From positions 1,963-65,962 of the IMG/VR virus record IMGVR_UViG_3300005805_000085: a DNA stretch of 64,000 bases; one strand, 5' to 3'. The position numbers and the translations under genes are program-made. This DNA is from an uncultured virus (IMG/VR IMGVR_UViG_3300005805_000085) (Duplodnaviria > Heunggongvirae > Uroviricota > Caudoviricetes). The notes beneath the pieces were generated by a model. That model did not search any database and was not told where the DNA came from. It saw only the letters and a program-made list of their open reading frames with translations. Each line of letters begins with the position of its first letter. Positions within the stretch are counted from its first letter, which is position 1. Below are positions 54,170 to 64,000 of the stretch, piece after piece.

Positions 54170-55081
54170 TTATACTGAAATATATGGATAAAAAGTAATT
54201 CCATTAGATGTTATAATATTATCAAGTTTAGGCAATACTCTTAAAATTGGATCAGCCGTAAAAGGAATTCCTTGAAGTCCTATAGTTTTTATATTTCCCA
54301 CATTACCAGTAAAAGAAGTCATATAAAATCTATAGTGTGTATATTCTACAAGATTATTTACGGTCTGTATAATTCCATTTTGAGCAGAACTACTGTAGCC
54401 TGAATATGTTTGAATTGTTGTATAAGTTATACCGTCTATAGAGCCTTGAAACTCAAAAGCATCAAGAAAGTTATTACTTATACATAATATAGCAAATTTA
54501 TTAATTACTACAGGATATGGAAATTTATATCCCCATATCCAGGGAGGCGCATAATAAGCTCCGGAATCCCAATTTTGACCATAAGTTAATACTGGAATTA
54601 TTGCTCCAGTGCCTTTTGGATAAGTTCTACCACCAAATGTATAAGCTGTAGTACCAAACATACTATCAGTTGAAGCAAAAGTTTCGCCTGGGCCATAACC
54701 AAAATCTGGTAAATCTGCGGGATCCGCCCCAGTCATTGTTGAAAATATTCCTATTCCTCCACTAAACGAGTTAACAGTTGGTAATTCATCTAAATTGGGA
54801 TAAGTGACGCTTGATACAATAGATCCATTACATGCTAACATTCCGGCTGGAGGAGTTGATTGTACATACCATTGAACTCGTTTTAATAGTCCACTCGATG
54901 TTCCAGAACTACCAGTTGGTCCAAGAAAAGCAGAACTCAAATTACTCCATGTTTGATTTTGTCCACCTATTCGTACAACTTTTGTTGTAGTGTCATACCC
55001 AATTTCACCAGAAGCTAATGTTGGATTTGTAGCACTCCATTGTGCTGTAGTTCCTTTTCTTAAGTATAATAATGTTGGCAT
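54170..55081 (-). CDS. Tail fibre/RBP: Mtd-N domain + collar + discoidin-like insert (copy 3)
   Basis: LRKGTTAQWSATNPTLASGEIGY; P.GMLACNG; FEFQGS.DG. Confidence 0.75.
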   Translation of the reverse strand: MPTLLYLRKGTTAQWSATNPTLASGEIGYDTTTKVVRIGGQNQTWSNLSSAFLGPTGSSGTSSGLLKRVQWYVQSTPPAGMLACNGSIVSSVTYPNLDELPTVNSFSGGIGIFSTMTGADPADLPDFGYGPGETFASTDSMFGTTAYTFGGRTYPKGTGAIIPVLTYGQNWDSGAYYAPPWIWGYKFPYPVVINKFAILCISNNFLDAFEFQGSIDGITYTTIQTYSGYSSSAQNGIIQTVNNLVEYTHYRFYMTSFTGNVGNIKTIGLQGIPFTADPILRVLPKLDNIITSNGITFYPYISV

Positions 55082-55082
55082 A

Positions 55083-55940
55083 TTAAGTCTTTATATATGG
55101 ATATAATATTTGATTTAAAGGAGAAACTGTTATAGAAGATAAAATAGGTAAAAATTTAAATCCACTTGTTGCATTAAGGGAGATTTTAAATCCCATTCTG
55201 GCAATTCCTATATCAGTGGAGTAACCAACATCGTGTTTTACCTGTACTATATATGTATCTGCTACTACAGATGTACTAAAACTATACCAATTAGGAGTAA
55301 CACCACTATTATAGCCACCTATCTGTGCCCATGTACCTGCTGCACCAGCAACAACAGTACCTCCAATAGATCTTATTTCCCATGCTGAAGGTGGCGCACC
55401 AAAACCAACACTAAGCATAGTTATGGCGCTTAATATAACAGGTTGACTAAATGTTATAGAAAAAGCATCTATAAATTGTCCGGAAGAAACATAATTACTT
55501 AAATATGCTCCATCATTATAATAATTTCCAACAGTTGTATAATCAAAAATACCAGTTGTTGGAAGCCAAGTTGCTGGATAATATCCACTAGTCGATATAC
55601 TTGTTGGTGTAGTTATTGAAGTAATACTAGCCGGTAAAAATGCGGTTAAATCTGGATAAGAACTACTAGCTATTTCTAATCCATTTGCTGATAACCACCC
55701 ACTGGGTGCACTAGATGTTGGCATATATGATAAGGCACCAGTTGATGCTGAACTTATTCCCGTTGTACCAGTTGTTCCCTGAGTACCTCCATAGGTTAAT
55801 GAATTCCAAGGAGTAATACCATCACCAATTTTTATTTTATTAGTATCAGTTTCTACTGCAAGTTCCCCATTAGCTAAAATTGAATTAGCACTGGACCACT
55901 GAGATGCCGTTCCTCGTCTTAATTGAATTTTAACAGGCAT
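55083..55940 (-). CDS. Tail fibre/RBP: Mtd-N domain + collar + insert (copy 2)
   Basis: IQLRRGTASQW..KIKIGDG..WNSL; PSGWLSANG. Confidence 0.78.
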   Translation of the reverse strand: MPVKIQLRRGTASQWSSANSILANGELAVETDTNKIKIGDGITPWNSLTYGGTQGTTGTTGISSASTGALSYMPTSSAPSGWLSANGLEIASSSYPDLTAFLPASITSITTPTSISTSGYYPATWLPTTGIFDYTTVGNYYNDGAYLSNYVSSGQFIDAFSITFSQPVILSAITMLSVGFGAPPSAWEIRSIGGTVVAGAAGTWAQIGGYNSGVTPNWYSFSTSVVADTYIVQVKHDVGYSTDIGIARMGFKISLNATSGFKFLPILSSITVSPLNQILYPYIKT

Positions 55941-55943
55941 AAT

Positions 55944-56861
55944 TTAAACCTTTATATGTGCATAAAGCGATACACCACTAGTATTAATAGTTGGCAAATC
56001 TGGTAATACTAGAACAGAGGGATCTTCAGCTACAGCGGGCCCAACCATAGCTAATTCAGAAAGAGCAATATATCCATATCCAGCATTATTAGTATAAAAT
56101 ACTAGTCTATATTTTGTATATGGTGTTGAGTTACCAGAAGAATACGCTGACATCTCTGCAGTACTTAAACTAGTGCTGAAGCTATATGTTGGATACTGAC
56201 CATACAAAGCTTGTATAATTGTCCAATTAATACCATCATTCGATCCCTGAAACTCCCAACCTGTTGGTATCCAACTACCACTTCTTGCTGTCATAAAATA
56301 ACCAGTAATTACAACTGCAGTTGGAAAATTATATTGTACCCAAGTTCCAGGCATGTCCGAATTACTGTGCCATACTGGAGCATCATACCCGTGATTAGGG
56401 TCCCAAGATCCTTTGCCCTCTGTTAAGTTTTGTATACCAGTAGAATAAGCATATTGATCAGTCTCTAATGTTGAACTAACTGTAATATTTATTCCTAAAG
56501 AATTTGCAGTGCCAAATTGAGCACCAACACCTCCAGGAAATCCCGGTTTAGACGGTAATTTACCAACTAAGTTTGGATAAGAACTAGCAGGTATTTGTCC
56601 GCCATCACATCTGAGCCAACCTGAAGGTGCAGTAGATTGTCTACTATATTGTATAGATCCGGCAGTATCTGTACCTGTTCCATTGGCTCCAGTACCCCCT
56701 GGTATACCTGCATATGATAGAGAATTCCAAGTAGTACTACCATTTCCAATCTTAAATCTTCTAGTATTAAGTTCTATTCCGATTTCACCGGCTGCTAATA
56801 CGGGATTTGAGGAACTCCATTCAAGCGAAGAACCTCTTCTAAATTGTGTTATTGACGGCAT
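55944..56861 (-). CDS. Tail fibre/RBP: Mtd-N domain + collar + discoidin-like insert (copy 1)
   Basis: QFRRG..GEIG.E..KIGNG; PSGWLRCDG; WEFQGSNDG; LPDL. Confidence 0.78.
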   Translation of the reverse strand: MPSITQFRRGSSLEWSSSNPVLAAGEIGIELNTRRFKIGNGSTTWNSLSYAGIPGGTGANGTGTDTAGSIQYSRQSTAPSGWLRCDGGQIPASSYPNLVGKLPSKPGFPGGVGAQFGTANSLGINITVSSTLETDQYAYSTGIQNLTEGKGSWDPNHGYDAPVWHSNSDMPGTWVQYNFPTAVVITGYFMTARSGSWIPTGWEFQGSNDGINWTIIQALYGQYPTYSFSTSLSTAEMSAYSSGNSTPYTKYRLVFYTNNAGYGYIALSELAMVGPAVAEDPSVLVLPDLPTINTSGVSLYAHIKV

Positions 56862-57331
56862 TATGTAACTCCTCCACCATCTACTACCGGTGTACTAGTA
56901 TAATCACTACTTGGTGTTCCTCCATCTATATTTATATTACTACTAAGTAACGCACCATTATTATATATATTACCAGTAAAATTTATAGAACCACCAATAT
57001 TTAATTTATATGCTGAATTATCACTAATATTACCTATAACAACATTACCACTATATTGTGCAAGTTTAACCAGTCCGGTATCTAAGACCTCTATGCTGGG
57101 TATGCCCGACACGTCATTTACACTATAAATAGTTCCGGTTAGTGTATTAGTTACGCTAAATAACTGTCCAGCACTACCCTCAAGGCTAATAGTGCCGCTA
57201 CTAGTAGGATACACACGTAAGGTAATTGTTTGTGGGCCTAGGGTGCTGCTTGCTCCAACAAACTCAATTTTAGGGTCGGCAGTTTGACTCCGATTAGGGG
57301 TAATTAAAATATTCTTATCAGACAAGGCCAT
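56861..57331 (-). CDS. Tail-associated protein
   Basis: GSAGQLFSV..SVNDVSGIPSIEV. Confidence 0.7.
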   Translation of the reverse strand: MALSDKNILITPNRSQTADPKIEFVGASSTLGPQTITLRVYPTSSGTISLEGSAGQLFSVTNTLTGTIYSVNDVSGIPSIEVLDTGLVKLAQYSGNVVIGNISDNSAYKLNIGGSINFTGNIYNNGALLSSNINIDGGTPSSDYTSTPVVDGGGVT

Positions 57332-57349
57332 AATTAGTTCCTGTTAATA

Positions 57350-58600
57350 TTATATTCCATAACGGCCTCTTATAGCCGAAAAGTTTTGAAAAACTTCGTC
57401 GTCTGAGAGTACACGATCATATATTTGGCATAAGCCCATAGTAGCTAAATCTTGTGGATAGTATGGAAATAAGGTAACTCCAGCGTTTCCTGAAGTTTTT
57501 GGACTAGATACTCCAGCTGTTCCTACTTGAAGGCCATTAACATACATTTTTGCAGTACCACCATTTTTAGTAACTCCAATATAATACCAAGTATCTATGT
57601 TAAATGGATCGCCTGTTCCACCAGCGCTTTTTCCAAAGTCACAACCGCTGTTACCGGGATCATATCTCCAGTGTATAGATCTTTCTCCAGGCCATCTCCA
57701 TACTCCAGGACTTCTATCTGTGCCACTTGGAGCAAATTGAAATATCATATCCCAGCTACCACTATATCCATTACTACCATAACTGCTGGTAGTATTAAAT
57801 CTAATAGTAAAAAATATACTGTGTGTATCTGTATTTAAGATAGAACTGCTATCTGTACCCACTGTATTTTGACTTGCATAAGAAGTTAAGTAGGGATAGT
57901 TATCTTGAAATTTACCACTAGGAAAAGTTATATTGCTAGTTTGAGTAGTACGATTGTTTACTAGGTCTAGTACGGACTGTGCCGTGGTACGTGTGCCTTG
58001 TACAAGGGGACTTGCAAAACCTTTTTGTTCTAGTTGACCACCTGCATAGCACACTTTATCACCAACTTGTGCACCTATATAGTTACTTAAATATACCCCA
58101 TTTTCATTACTTGAAGTAGTAAAAGTTGCTTTAATTCTTATCCATTCATTTGTTGGCCAATTTGCTGGTTGGGTATCTCCTAACCAATCAAAACTTGCAT
58201 GCCAATTATTATTTACGTTCTGTCTTAAATACGGCCCATAAGAGCCCATATCTTGCCTATTCTTTCTATACCACAAGGACATAGTATATGTAGTACTAGG
58301 ATTAATATTAGTATACATATAACCACACTGCAATCCTTGTGCACTGGCTGTGGTAGTTGTACAACTTACTACTTGTAGTGGTGAGGTAAAAGTATGGGCA
58401 TTTGGTATATTAGGTAAAGATTCACTAGTATCATTATCGGTATAAACACCATTTCCACTATTTATCCAATTATAACCCGTAGCAGGAAATGCAGCTATAT
58501 TAGTAGTAGGAGCACCTATAAAAGATTTTTCCTGATTTCCGAAGTCTACATAGTATGTTAATCCAGATGTTATAGTTCTTGCATTAGTAAAGCTACCCAT
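57350..58600 (-). CDS. CBM-like + LamG/concanavalin-A domain protein
   Basis: W..I..T, MYVNG, IYDRVLS..EV.QNF...RGRYGI. Confidence 0.8.
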   Translation of the reverse strand: MGSFTNARTITSGLTYYVDFGNQEKSFIGAPTTNIAAFPATGYNWINSGNGVYTDNDTSESLPNIPNAHTFTSPLQVVSCTTTTASAQGLQCGYMYTNINPSTTYTMSLWYRKNRQDMGSYGPYLRQNVNNNWHASFDWLGDTQPANWPTNEWIRIKATFTTSSNENGVYLSNYIGAQVGDKVCYAGGQLEQKGFASPLVQGTRTTAQSVLDLVNNRTTQTSNITFPSGKFQDNYPYLTSYASQNTVGTDSSSILNTDTHSIFFTIRFNTTSSYGSNGYSGSWDMIFQFAPSGTDRSPGVWRWPGERSIHWRYDPGNSGCDFGKSAGGTGDPFNIDTWYYIGVTKNGGTAKMYVNGLQVGTAGVSSPKTSGNAGVTLFPYYPQDLATMGLCQIYDRVLSDDEVFQNFSAIRGRYGI

Positions 58601-58603
58601 GGT

Positions 58604-58810
58604 TTAAAACCTCCAACGATCTATTGGACACATAGCAACTTGATGTATAGGTAGTGTCAATTTTGTACAAGTAGGAACTCCCATAACTTCTTTTAAATAT
58701 TCACATAATGAGCACCCATTAATTTTTATTATGTCTACCTGACTAGGGATAGTTTCTACTATTATAGCAGGATTATCATTTATAGGTAAAATAGGTGCTG
58801 TATTACTCAT
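58604..58810 (-). CDS. Small Cys-motif protein
   Basis: CSLC..C..CPIDRW. Confidence 0.65.
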   Translation of the reverse strand: MSNTAPILPINDNPAIIVETIPSQVDIIKINGCSLCEYLKEVMGVPTCTKLTLPIHQVAMCPIDRWRF

Positions 58811-59949
58811 AATCCGTATACTCCTCGTTGAGCAGCAAAATTTTGTGTGACTTCGTTAGCAGATAGTGCTCTATTATAAATTTTTACATTATAAATATTT
58901 CCAGTAAAATAATCATATGTACTGCTAGCACCTCCTCTAGCCCCTATTTTTAATGTATCGCTGTAAACATTTCCTATAGCACCAGTTAATGATGCACTAT
59001 AAATTTCTAATCCATTTAAATACATTTTTTGATTGACTTGATCATAGGTAATTGTTACACAATAATTTTGATTTGTATTGAATGCTGTTGCACCAACCCA
59101 TGCCCAATTAGGTCGAAATGCGTATGTAATGTATCCGCCACCAGCAGAAATTTCATATTCGTTTTCTTTGTTTATAAGAATACTTCCATTTTGACTACCA
59201 GTTGCAGTAGCTTTAAACCAAATTTCAGTTGTTATGTACCCAGAAGATGGTTTAATTAATGCGTTATCTGGTATACTTAAATATTGACTACCATTAAAGC
59301 TAAAAGTACCGTCGGTATTATAAACTAAACTTTGTGCAGTAATTATATTTTGTCCAGTTAGGTCTACCACTGCTTGAGTATTAGACCTAGTTCCTTGAAC
59401 AAAACCTGTTGCAAAATTATTAGCTTCAATTTGTATGTCTGCTATTTGCCAAGTAGCTCCATTTGTACCCCATACATAAACTATATTTTTAGCAATATCT
59501 AGTGTAGCGGTATGAGAAAATCTTTGCCAAGTAGGTGTAATAGTTTGACCATGACTTAAGTTATTCTGATCTCCACTACCATTTTGATTACTAAACCAAA
59601 CGCTTATATTTCCATTTTCTAAAGTTCTAGCGTAATAACTAATAGTATAAGTTGTTCCTGCACTAAGACTAGGAGCTATCCAATAAAAACACTGCCCCCA
59701 ATCTGTAGTTGAGCATCTGACTTGAAGAACGTTTCTAGAGTTGCCGGGAGTAGTAGGTACTGAATCTATTTCTACTATTGTTGGTGGAAAGGGTCCATAT
59801 TGCCCATAGTTGGTGCTGCCGGATGCTAAACTAGGATTAACTTGTAAATTTGTAGTGGGTTTACCACGCCATGATTTTTTAGTATTCTGCATGTCGTAGT
59901 AGAATACTAAACCATCAGTAACTATTCGAGGAGAATGTATCAGTGCCAT
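58807..59949 (-). CDS. CBM-like + LamG domain protein (paralogue of 57350-58600)
   Basis: IVTDGLVFYYD, MYLNG, IYNRALSANEV.QNF. Confidence 0.82.
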   Translation of the reverse strand: MALIHSPRIVTDGLVFYYDMQNTKKSWRGKPTTNLQVNPSLASGSTNYGQYGPFPPTIVEIDSVPTTPGNSRNVLQVRCSTTDWGQCFYWIAPSLSAGTTYTISYYARTLENGNISVWFSNQNGSGDQNNLSHGQTITPTWQRFSHTATLDIAKNIVYVWGTNGATWQIADIQIEANNFATGFVQGTRSNTQAVVDLTGQNIITAQSLVYNTDGTFSFNGSQYLSIPDNALIKPSSGYITTEIWFKATATGSQNGSILINKENEYEISAGGGYITYAFRPNWAWVGATAFNTNQNYCVTITYDQVNQKMYLNGLEIYSASLTGAIGNVYSDTLKIGARGGASSTYDYFTGNIYNVKIYNRALSANEVTQNFAAQRGVYGL

Positions 59950-60498
59950 TTATCTAAACACCATTATTTGACTGATTATACAAGTTCCGCCGCCAGTACA
60001 AGCAAATCCTGCAGCAGGGCCAGCACTAAGAGTTCCATTTCGTCTACGAGTCATATTCCAGTGTCTAAACGATCCGGTTAAAAAGCTTCCGTGTGTAAAG
60101 TTATCTGGATTATTATCACAAGCATTCATTTTAAGAGTATACTGTGGTAGTTCCCAAGAATTTTTTGGCTTAGAAATACTATCTAAGGAACTATTCCAGC
60201 TTAGTATATTATGAGCACCGTTTCCGTAAACAAAATTATTATTTGCAAAATCCCAGCAACTAGAACCAAAATTAATCCAAGTTTTCCAACTAATTTTAGT
60301 CCACTCAAATGGGATAGTACCGTCACTTATTATTAAATTAAGTCCTGTACTACCACAACCTACATTTTGCATACTAAATGTCCAAGTTCCATAGCTACCT
60401 TCAAACCCACTAGAAGTAAGTGTAGAATTTGTTAAATTAATAGTACTTATATTACTAGGGCCTATTATATAGCCTGATTGACCATAATTAATTCCCAT
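59950..60498 (-). CDS. Hypothetical tail-associated protein
   Basis: 182-aa ORF among fibre genes. Confidence 0.7.
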   Translation of the reverse strand: MGINYGQSGYIIGPSNISTINLTNSTLTSSGFEGSYGTWTFSMQNVGCGSTGLNLIISDGTIPFEWTKISWKTWINFGSSCWDFANNNFVYGNGAHNILSWNSSLDSISKPKNSWELPQYTLKMNACDNNPDNFTHGSFLTGSFRHWNMTRRRNGTLSAGPAAGFACTGGGTCIISQIMVFR

Positions 60499-60502
60499 AT
60501 AT

Positions 60503-60685
60503 TCACCATTTATTTATAGGACATGTAATATTTAAGTAATAAACTCTTCGGCTTATTAAGCAAGAACACTCAGAACAAGAATCTGTTTGTTGAGTATAAT
60601 TTGGACAGCTATTACATATACTACGTCTTCTTTCTTGTAGTTCTTGGGGTGCTTTTTCTTCGTCGTCATGGTATATAATTTGCAT
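60503..60685 (-). CDS. Small Cys-motif protein (DUF6171-like)
   Basis: RRSICNSC..CSECSC..CPINKW. Confidence 0.7.
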   Translation of the reverse strand: MQIIYHDDEEKAPQELQERRRSICNSCPNYTQQTDSCSECSCLISRRVYYLNITCPINKW

Positions 60686-62613
60686 TATTCTTCTACCTGT
60701 AACTTGGCCACGTCCTTACGTTCTGCTTGTACAAAATAGTAACAATCTATATCTGTAGTCCAAGCTCCGTCTATGTCAACCCACACACAGTTGTCTCTAA
60801 TGTCTGTAACATATAGTTGCTGTGGTTTTCCACGACAAGTAAGTTGTACGGTTATACTATCTGGGTCTACTAGTTTAGTCCAATACTCGGGTAGTTGGAT
60901 ACAACCTGTGCCCTGTAACCTACCACGAACATATACGCCATTTTCTGGACCTTCCAAGCTGCCGTATCTGAGCTTTTTGCCGGGTTTAGTCGGGTGTGGA
61001 ATAAGGAATGATTTACTAGTAGCAGTAAGAGTACCATTAATTGTTAAACTACCGGTCATTGTATCGCCAGACTTTAACACATATATGCCAGTGTAGTTTG
61101 TATAATTAGCACTATCTAGGATAGTTGCTTGGGTTCCGCCTCCTGGGTTACCTTTATGAACATAGCCTGTTCCACCGCTCCACCAAAATTGCCAACCATA
61201 GCCATTACGATGAAAACCAACTTCACTACTGTTTGCCATCAGGCTTACACCTGAATCAAACTCTAAGCCATACCAACCATTACGAGTTCCAGCAATACGC
61301 CATGAACCATAAGTTGCATTATTTGGATAAAAATGTGCACCATTATTGTTGGGCGCATATAGTCCATAAGCACCATTAAGCTGTATCCAATTGTTTACTT
61401 GATAATAATTATTTCCATTATAACCAATATAATTAGAAGGGCTATAACCACCTAACTGCGAGGAATTGCTAGCAGTAGCAGCATTACCAGTTATACTTAT
61501 ACCCCAAGTACCCGACGCTCCACCGCCTGTTAGGGTTGGTGCGTAGCTATTATAGTTTGCAGCATTTAAAATTTTATCGCCAAAATGATAAGTGCTTGAC
61601 TTATCGTCGTTAACATAAGCTATATCTGCTGCACTAGGACTGTCATAAAAAACTGTATAACACCCACTGGTTCCATCCGTAGGATTTGTAGTTTGATAAC
61701 TATGACCATATGTTGTTGCTATTACACGAACTGTTGTGTAATAATCTATATCAATATAAATATCTTGATAGTACGTATTTTGACCACTATATTGCCAACC
61801 TGCATAAGTTACTGTACCTAAACTAACTCTAAAATAACTAGTATTTGCCCCGTCAGCATCTTTTAGTCGTAATATCCAACTATTTCCGTTACCCATTCCG
61901 TAGTAACCAAATAGGTTATAGTCTACGTATCCACTGCTCCAATCTTCTTGAAGTATTTTTATACGAATATTTTGCCAAGTGCCTATCCAATGATTTGGAG
62001 TACCGTACACTCTGGCAATTGTGTGTCGACGAGCTTGTGCTCCATTTGCAGCAACGGTCCACTGTCGAACTGAATCAGCACCGTCCGGCAGCCCTATGTC
62101 ACCTATATCCCAAGTAACGGCAGCACTACCGTTAACCGATCTACTAGTCTTTCCTATTGTTATATTTCTGCTAGTGCCCCAATTAGCTGTAGTAATATCA
62201 GCACTTCCATTAAAACTAGTACCATTAATATTTCTTGCTGTAGTTAGTGTTCCAGCACTTCCAGTAGTATTTTGATTTAGTGTTGGTATATCAGCAGCTA
62301 CTAGTGCTCTAAATGTAGGAACACCTGCGGCACCACTAGGAGCTGCAAGTACTGTATTAGCAGTTTGTGAAGCAAAATTAGAAGCTGCTACACTAAGAGT
62401 TCCACCAAGAGTTAAATTACCACTACCAGTTACAGTGCCAGTTAGAGTTAAACCACTAACAGTTCCAGTACCGCCTACACTAGTTACAGTTCCTGCTCCT
62501 AAATTTGTACGAGCTGCAGAAGCTGTAGTTGCTCCAGTACCACCATTTGCTATAGCAACAGTTCCAGATAAAGTACTTGCTGCTAATGTAACGGGAGAAA
62601 TTATAAGAGGCAT
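60685..62613 (-). CDS. Long tail fibre with C-terminal chaperone-like domain
   Basis: GGTGATTA..ARTNLG, ARNING..FNGSADIT, K.GDTMTG.L, KSF.I.HP..LEGPE.GVY.RG. Confidence 0.85.
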   Translation of the reverse strand: MPLIISPVTLAASTLSGTVAIANGGTGATTASAARTNLGAGTVTSVGGTGTVSGLTLTGTVTGSGNLTLGGTLSVAASNFASQTANTVLAAPSGAAGVPTFRALVAADIPTLNQNTTGSAGTLTTARNINGTSFNGSADITTANWGTSRNITIGKTSRSVNGSAAVTWDIGDIGLPDGADSVRQWTVAANGAQARRHTIARVYGTPNHWIGTWQNIRIKILQEDWSSGYVDYNLFGYYGMGNGNSWILRLKDADGANTSYFRVSLGTVTYAGWQYSGQNTYYQDIYIDIDYYTTVRVIATTYGHSYQTTNPTDGTSGCYTVFYDSPSAADIAYVNDDKSSTYHFGDKILNAANYNSYAPTLTGGGASGTWGISITGNAATASNSSQLGGYSPSNYIGYNGNNYYQVNNWIQLNGAYGLYAPNNNGAHFYPNNATYGSWRIAGTRNGWYGLEFDSGVSLMANSSEVGFHRNGYGWQFWWSGGTGYVHKGNPGGGTQATILDSANYTNYTGIYVLKSGDTMTGSLTINGTLTATSKSFLIPHPTKPGKKLRYGSLEGPENGVYVRGRLQGTGCIQLPEYWTKLVDPDSITVQLTCRGKPQQLYVTDIRDNCVWVDIDGAWTTDIDCYYFVQAERKDVAKLQVEE

Positions 62614-62622
62614 GTCATCTCC

Positions 62623-63999
62623 TTATACATATTGAACATCAAACCAACAATTAGCAGAACCAATCGTAAGTGTTGGTCCTGTTGTTGAGTTTGATACTAC
62701 AATACCAGCAGAGAAATAACGTCCATATGGATTTAAATCTAAGCTAAAATTAGAATCGGCGGGTACTTTAAATATAACTGTTGGCGCAACACCGTTTGCA
62801 GGTAAAGCCGTAGCATTATGCACTTGAATCCATTGTGCACTAGTATGAGAATTATATCCAGTTACTGCTAAAAGTTCGCCTGCGCTTGTTTTTACAACAA
62901 GTGATGATGCATATGCAGTAGTTGTTGCATTACTTACATTATTAGTTGCTGGCGAAGGAGGAGCTAATACAACATTACCAATAGTATTAGTACCTGCTGG
63001 TAGTGCGTTAACACTAACAGTACCACTTACGGGCTGAGTTGCTGGCCAAAAAGTACCTGTAACAGCTATAGTTTCTAATGCAGTAAGAGAAACGGTTCCT
63101 AGATCAACTGTACCAGGAACAGTAACACTAATATTTTCTAGAGCAGCTAAAGACGTTGCACCTAATTCTACTGTACCAGTAACTGTTGCATTTAAATTAG
63201 CTGCAGTTGCTTGAGCAATAGTTACAACATCATCTGTAGCAATAGTAACTCGTTGAGTACCAGCACTTCTGGTGCCAGAATTCATAGCAATTGCAGTACC
63301 ACCTAGCTGGCTTAGATTAGTTACAGTTGAAACTGTACCAATATTGCCTATTGAATTTGATCCTGCTGGTAGTGAACTAGCTATGCTGCCAATATTAAGC
63401 CTTCCACTAGTATCAGTAGCTATAGATCTAGCGTTAGCACCATCCCAGCCGCCTATTTGAACTAACATTGGTGCTTGTGATGGTGATCCTGATAGTATAG
63501 TAAATAGTTCAGGCCCTGCAATAGATTTTCCTGCATGTAAAGCAACAGTTATAGTACCACTTGTATAAGAGTTTATTCTTACTCTTATATGTGTAGCTCC
63601 TGCGCCTGCTACAAGTCCCCAAGACCCACCAGCAGCACTAATTGTTAATGCAGAAGTTCTAGTACCAGTAGGTGTAGTAAACCAGCCATAACCATTTTGC
63701 CAAGTTGTACCGCCATCATAAGATACATCGCATTGAACTTGAATACCTACAGGAGAAGAGACTGCTGTTACTGTAAATCCTACAGAAGAATTACCCCATA
63801 GTTGTACAGATTGCCATACGTTTAGTCCGGTTAAAGTACCTGTAGATTGATAGTCTGCATGTCTTATTAACCAAGGAGTTGTATTAGCAGTATTACCTGG
63901 CTGTACTGTCCAAGTACCACCTTGATTAGCTGTAATTGTACCACTTACTGGCTGAGTTGCTTGCCAAAAAGTACCTGTAACAGCTATACTAGCGTTATT
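62623..63999 (-). CDS. Tail fibre/structural protein, 5' end outside the window
   Basis: Frame stays open past 63468 to the window edge; repeated VTGTFW.ATQPVSG. Confidence 0.8.
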   Translation of the reverse strand, partial: NNASIAVTGTFWQATQPVSGTITANQGGTWTVQPGNTANTTPWLIRHADYQSTGTLTGLNVWQSVQLWGNSSVGFTVTAVSSPVGIQVQCDVSYDGGTTWQNGYGWFTTPTGTRTSALTISAAGGSWGLVAGAGATHIRVRINSYTSGTITVALHAGKSIAGPELFTILSGSPSQAPMLVQIGGWDGANARSIATDTSGRLNIGSIASSLPAGSNSIGNIGTVSTVTNLSQLGGTAIAMNSGTRSAGTQRVTIATDDVVTIAQATAANLNATVTGTVELGATSLAALENISVTVPGTVDLGTVSLTALETIAVTGTFWPATQPVSGTVSVNALPAGTNTIGNVVLAPPSPATNNVSNATTTAYASSLVVKTSAGELLAVTGYNSHTSAQWIQVHNATALPANGVAPTVIFKVPADSNFSLDLNPYGRYFSAGIVVSNSTTGPTLTIGSANCWFDVQYV

Positions 64000-64000
64000 A

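Noticed and set aside
54170-56861. Diversity-generating retroelement
   Set aside because: Only the Mtd N-terminal domain is shared; no RT and no adenine-specific TR/VR pair seen
49853-63460. Short plus-strand ORFs in the late region and minus-strand ORFs in the replication block
   Set aside because: Antisense shadows of well-supported genes

Overview
A 64 kb segment of a T5-like lytic siphophage genome (Demerecviridae-like gene order), probably from a freshwater betaproteobacterial host (inferred from the tmRNA tag and accessory genes). Left to right: (1) 1-3 kb, a non-coding array of host-regulator-like sites (five sigma-54 motifs, a Fur-like box, operator palindromes), two A2/D3-like DNA-binding paralogues flanking a structured ncRNA cassette that ends in a hammerhead ribozyme; (2) 3-13 kb, small early genes including TerC, ThyX, SleB-like hydrolase, DUF5664, a phosphoesterase and UvsE; (3) 10.7-25.3 kb, 21 tRNA genes, a permuted two-piece tmRNA, several stem-closed small RNAs, stress genes and an inserted collagen/fibre-like module; (4) 26-46.5 kb, the T5 replication block (D3, split NAD ligase, D5, helicase, primase, PolA, D10-D15, dUTPase, class II RNR); (5) 46.5-64 kb on the minus strand, PhoH, a lysis cassette, a secreted Cys-repeat module and multiple tail-fibre/receptor-binding paralogues, truncated at the window edge. 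All calls were made by eye from motifs and synteny; no database search was run.
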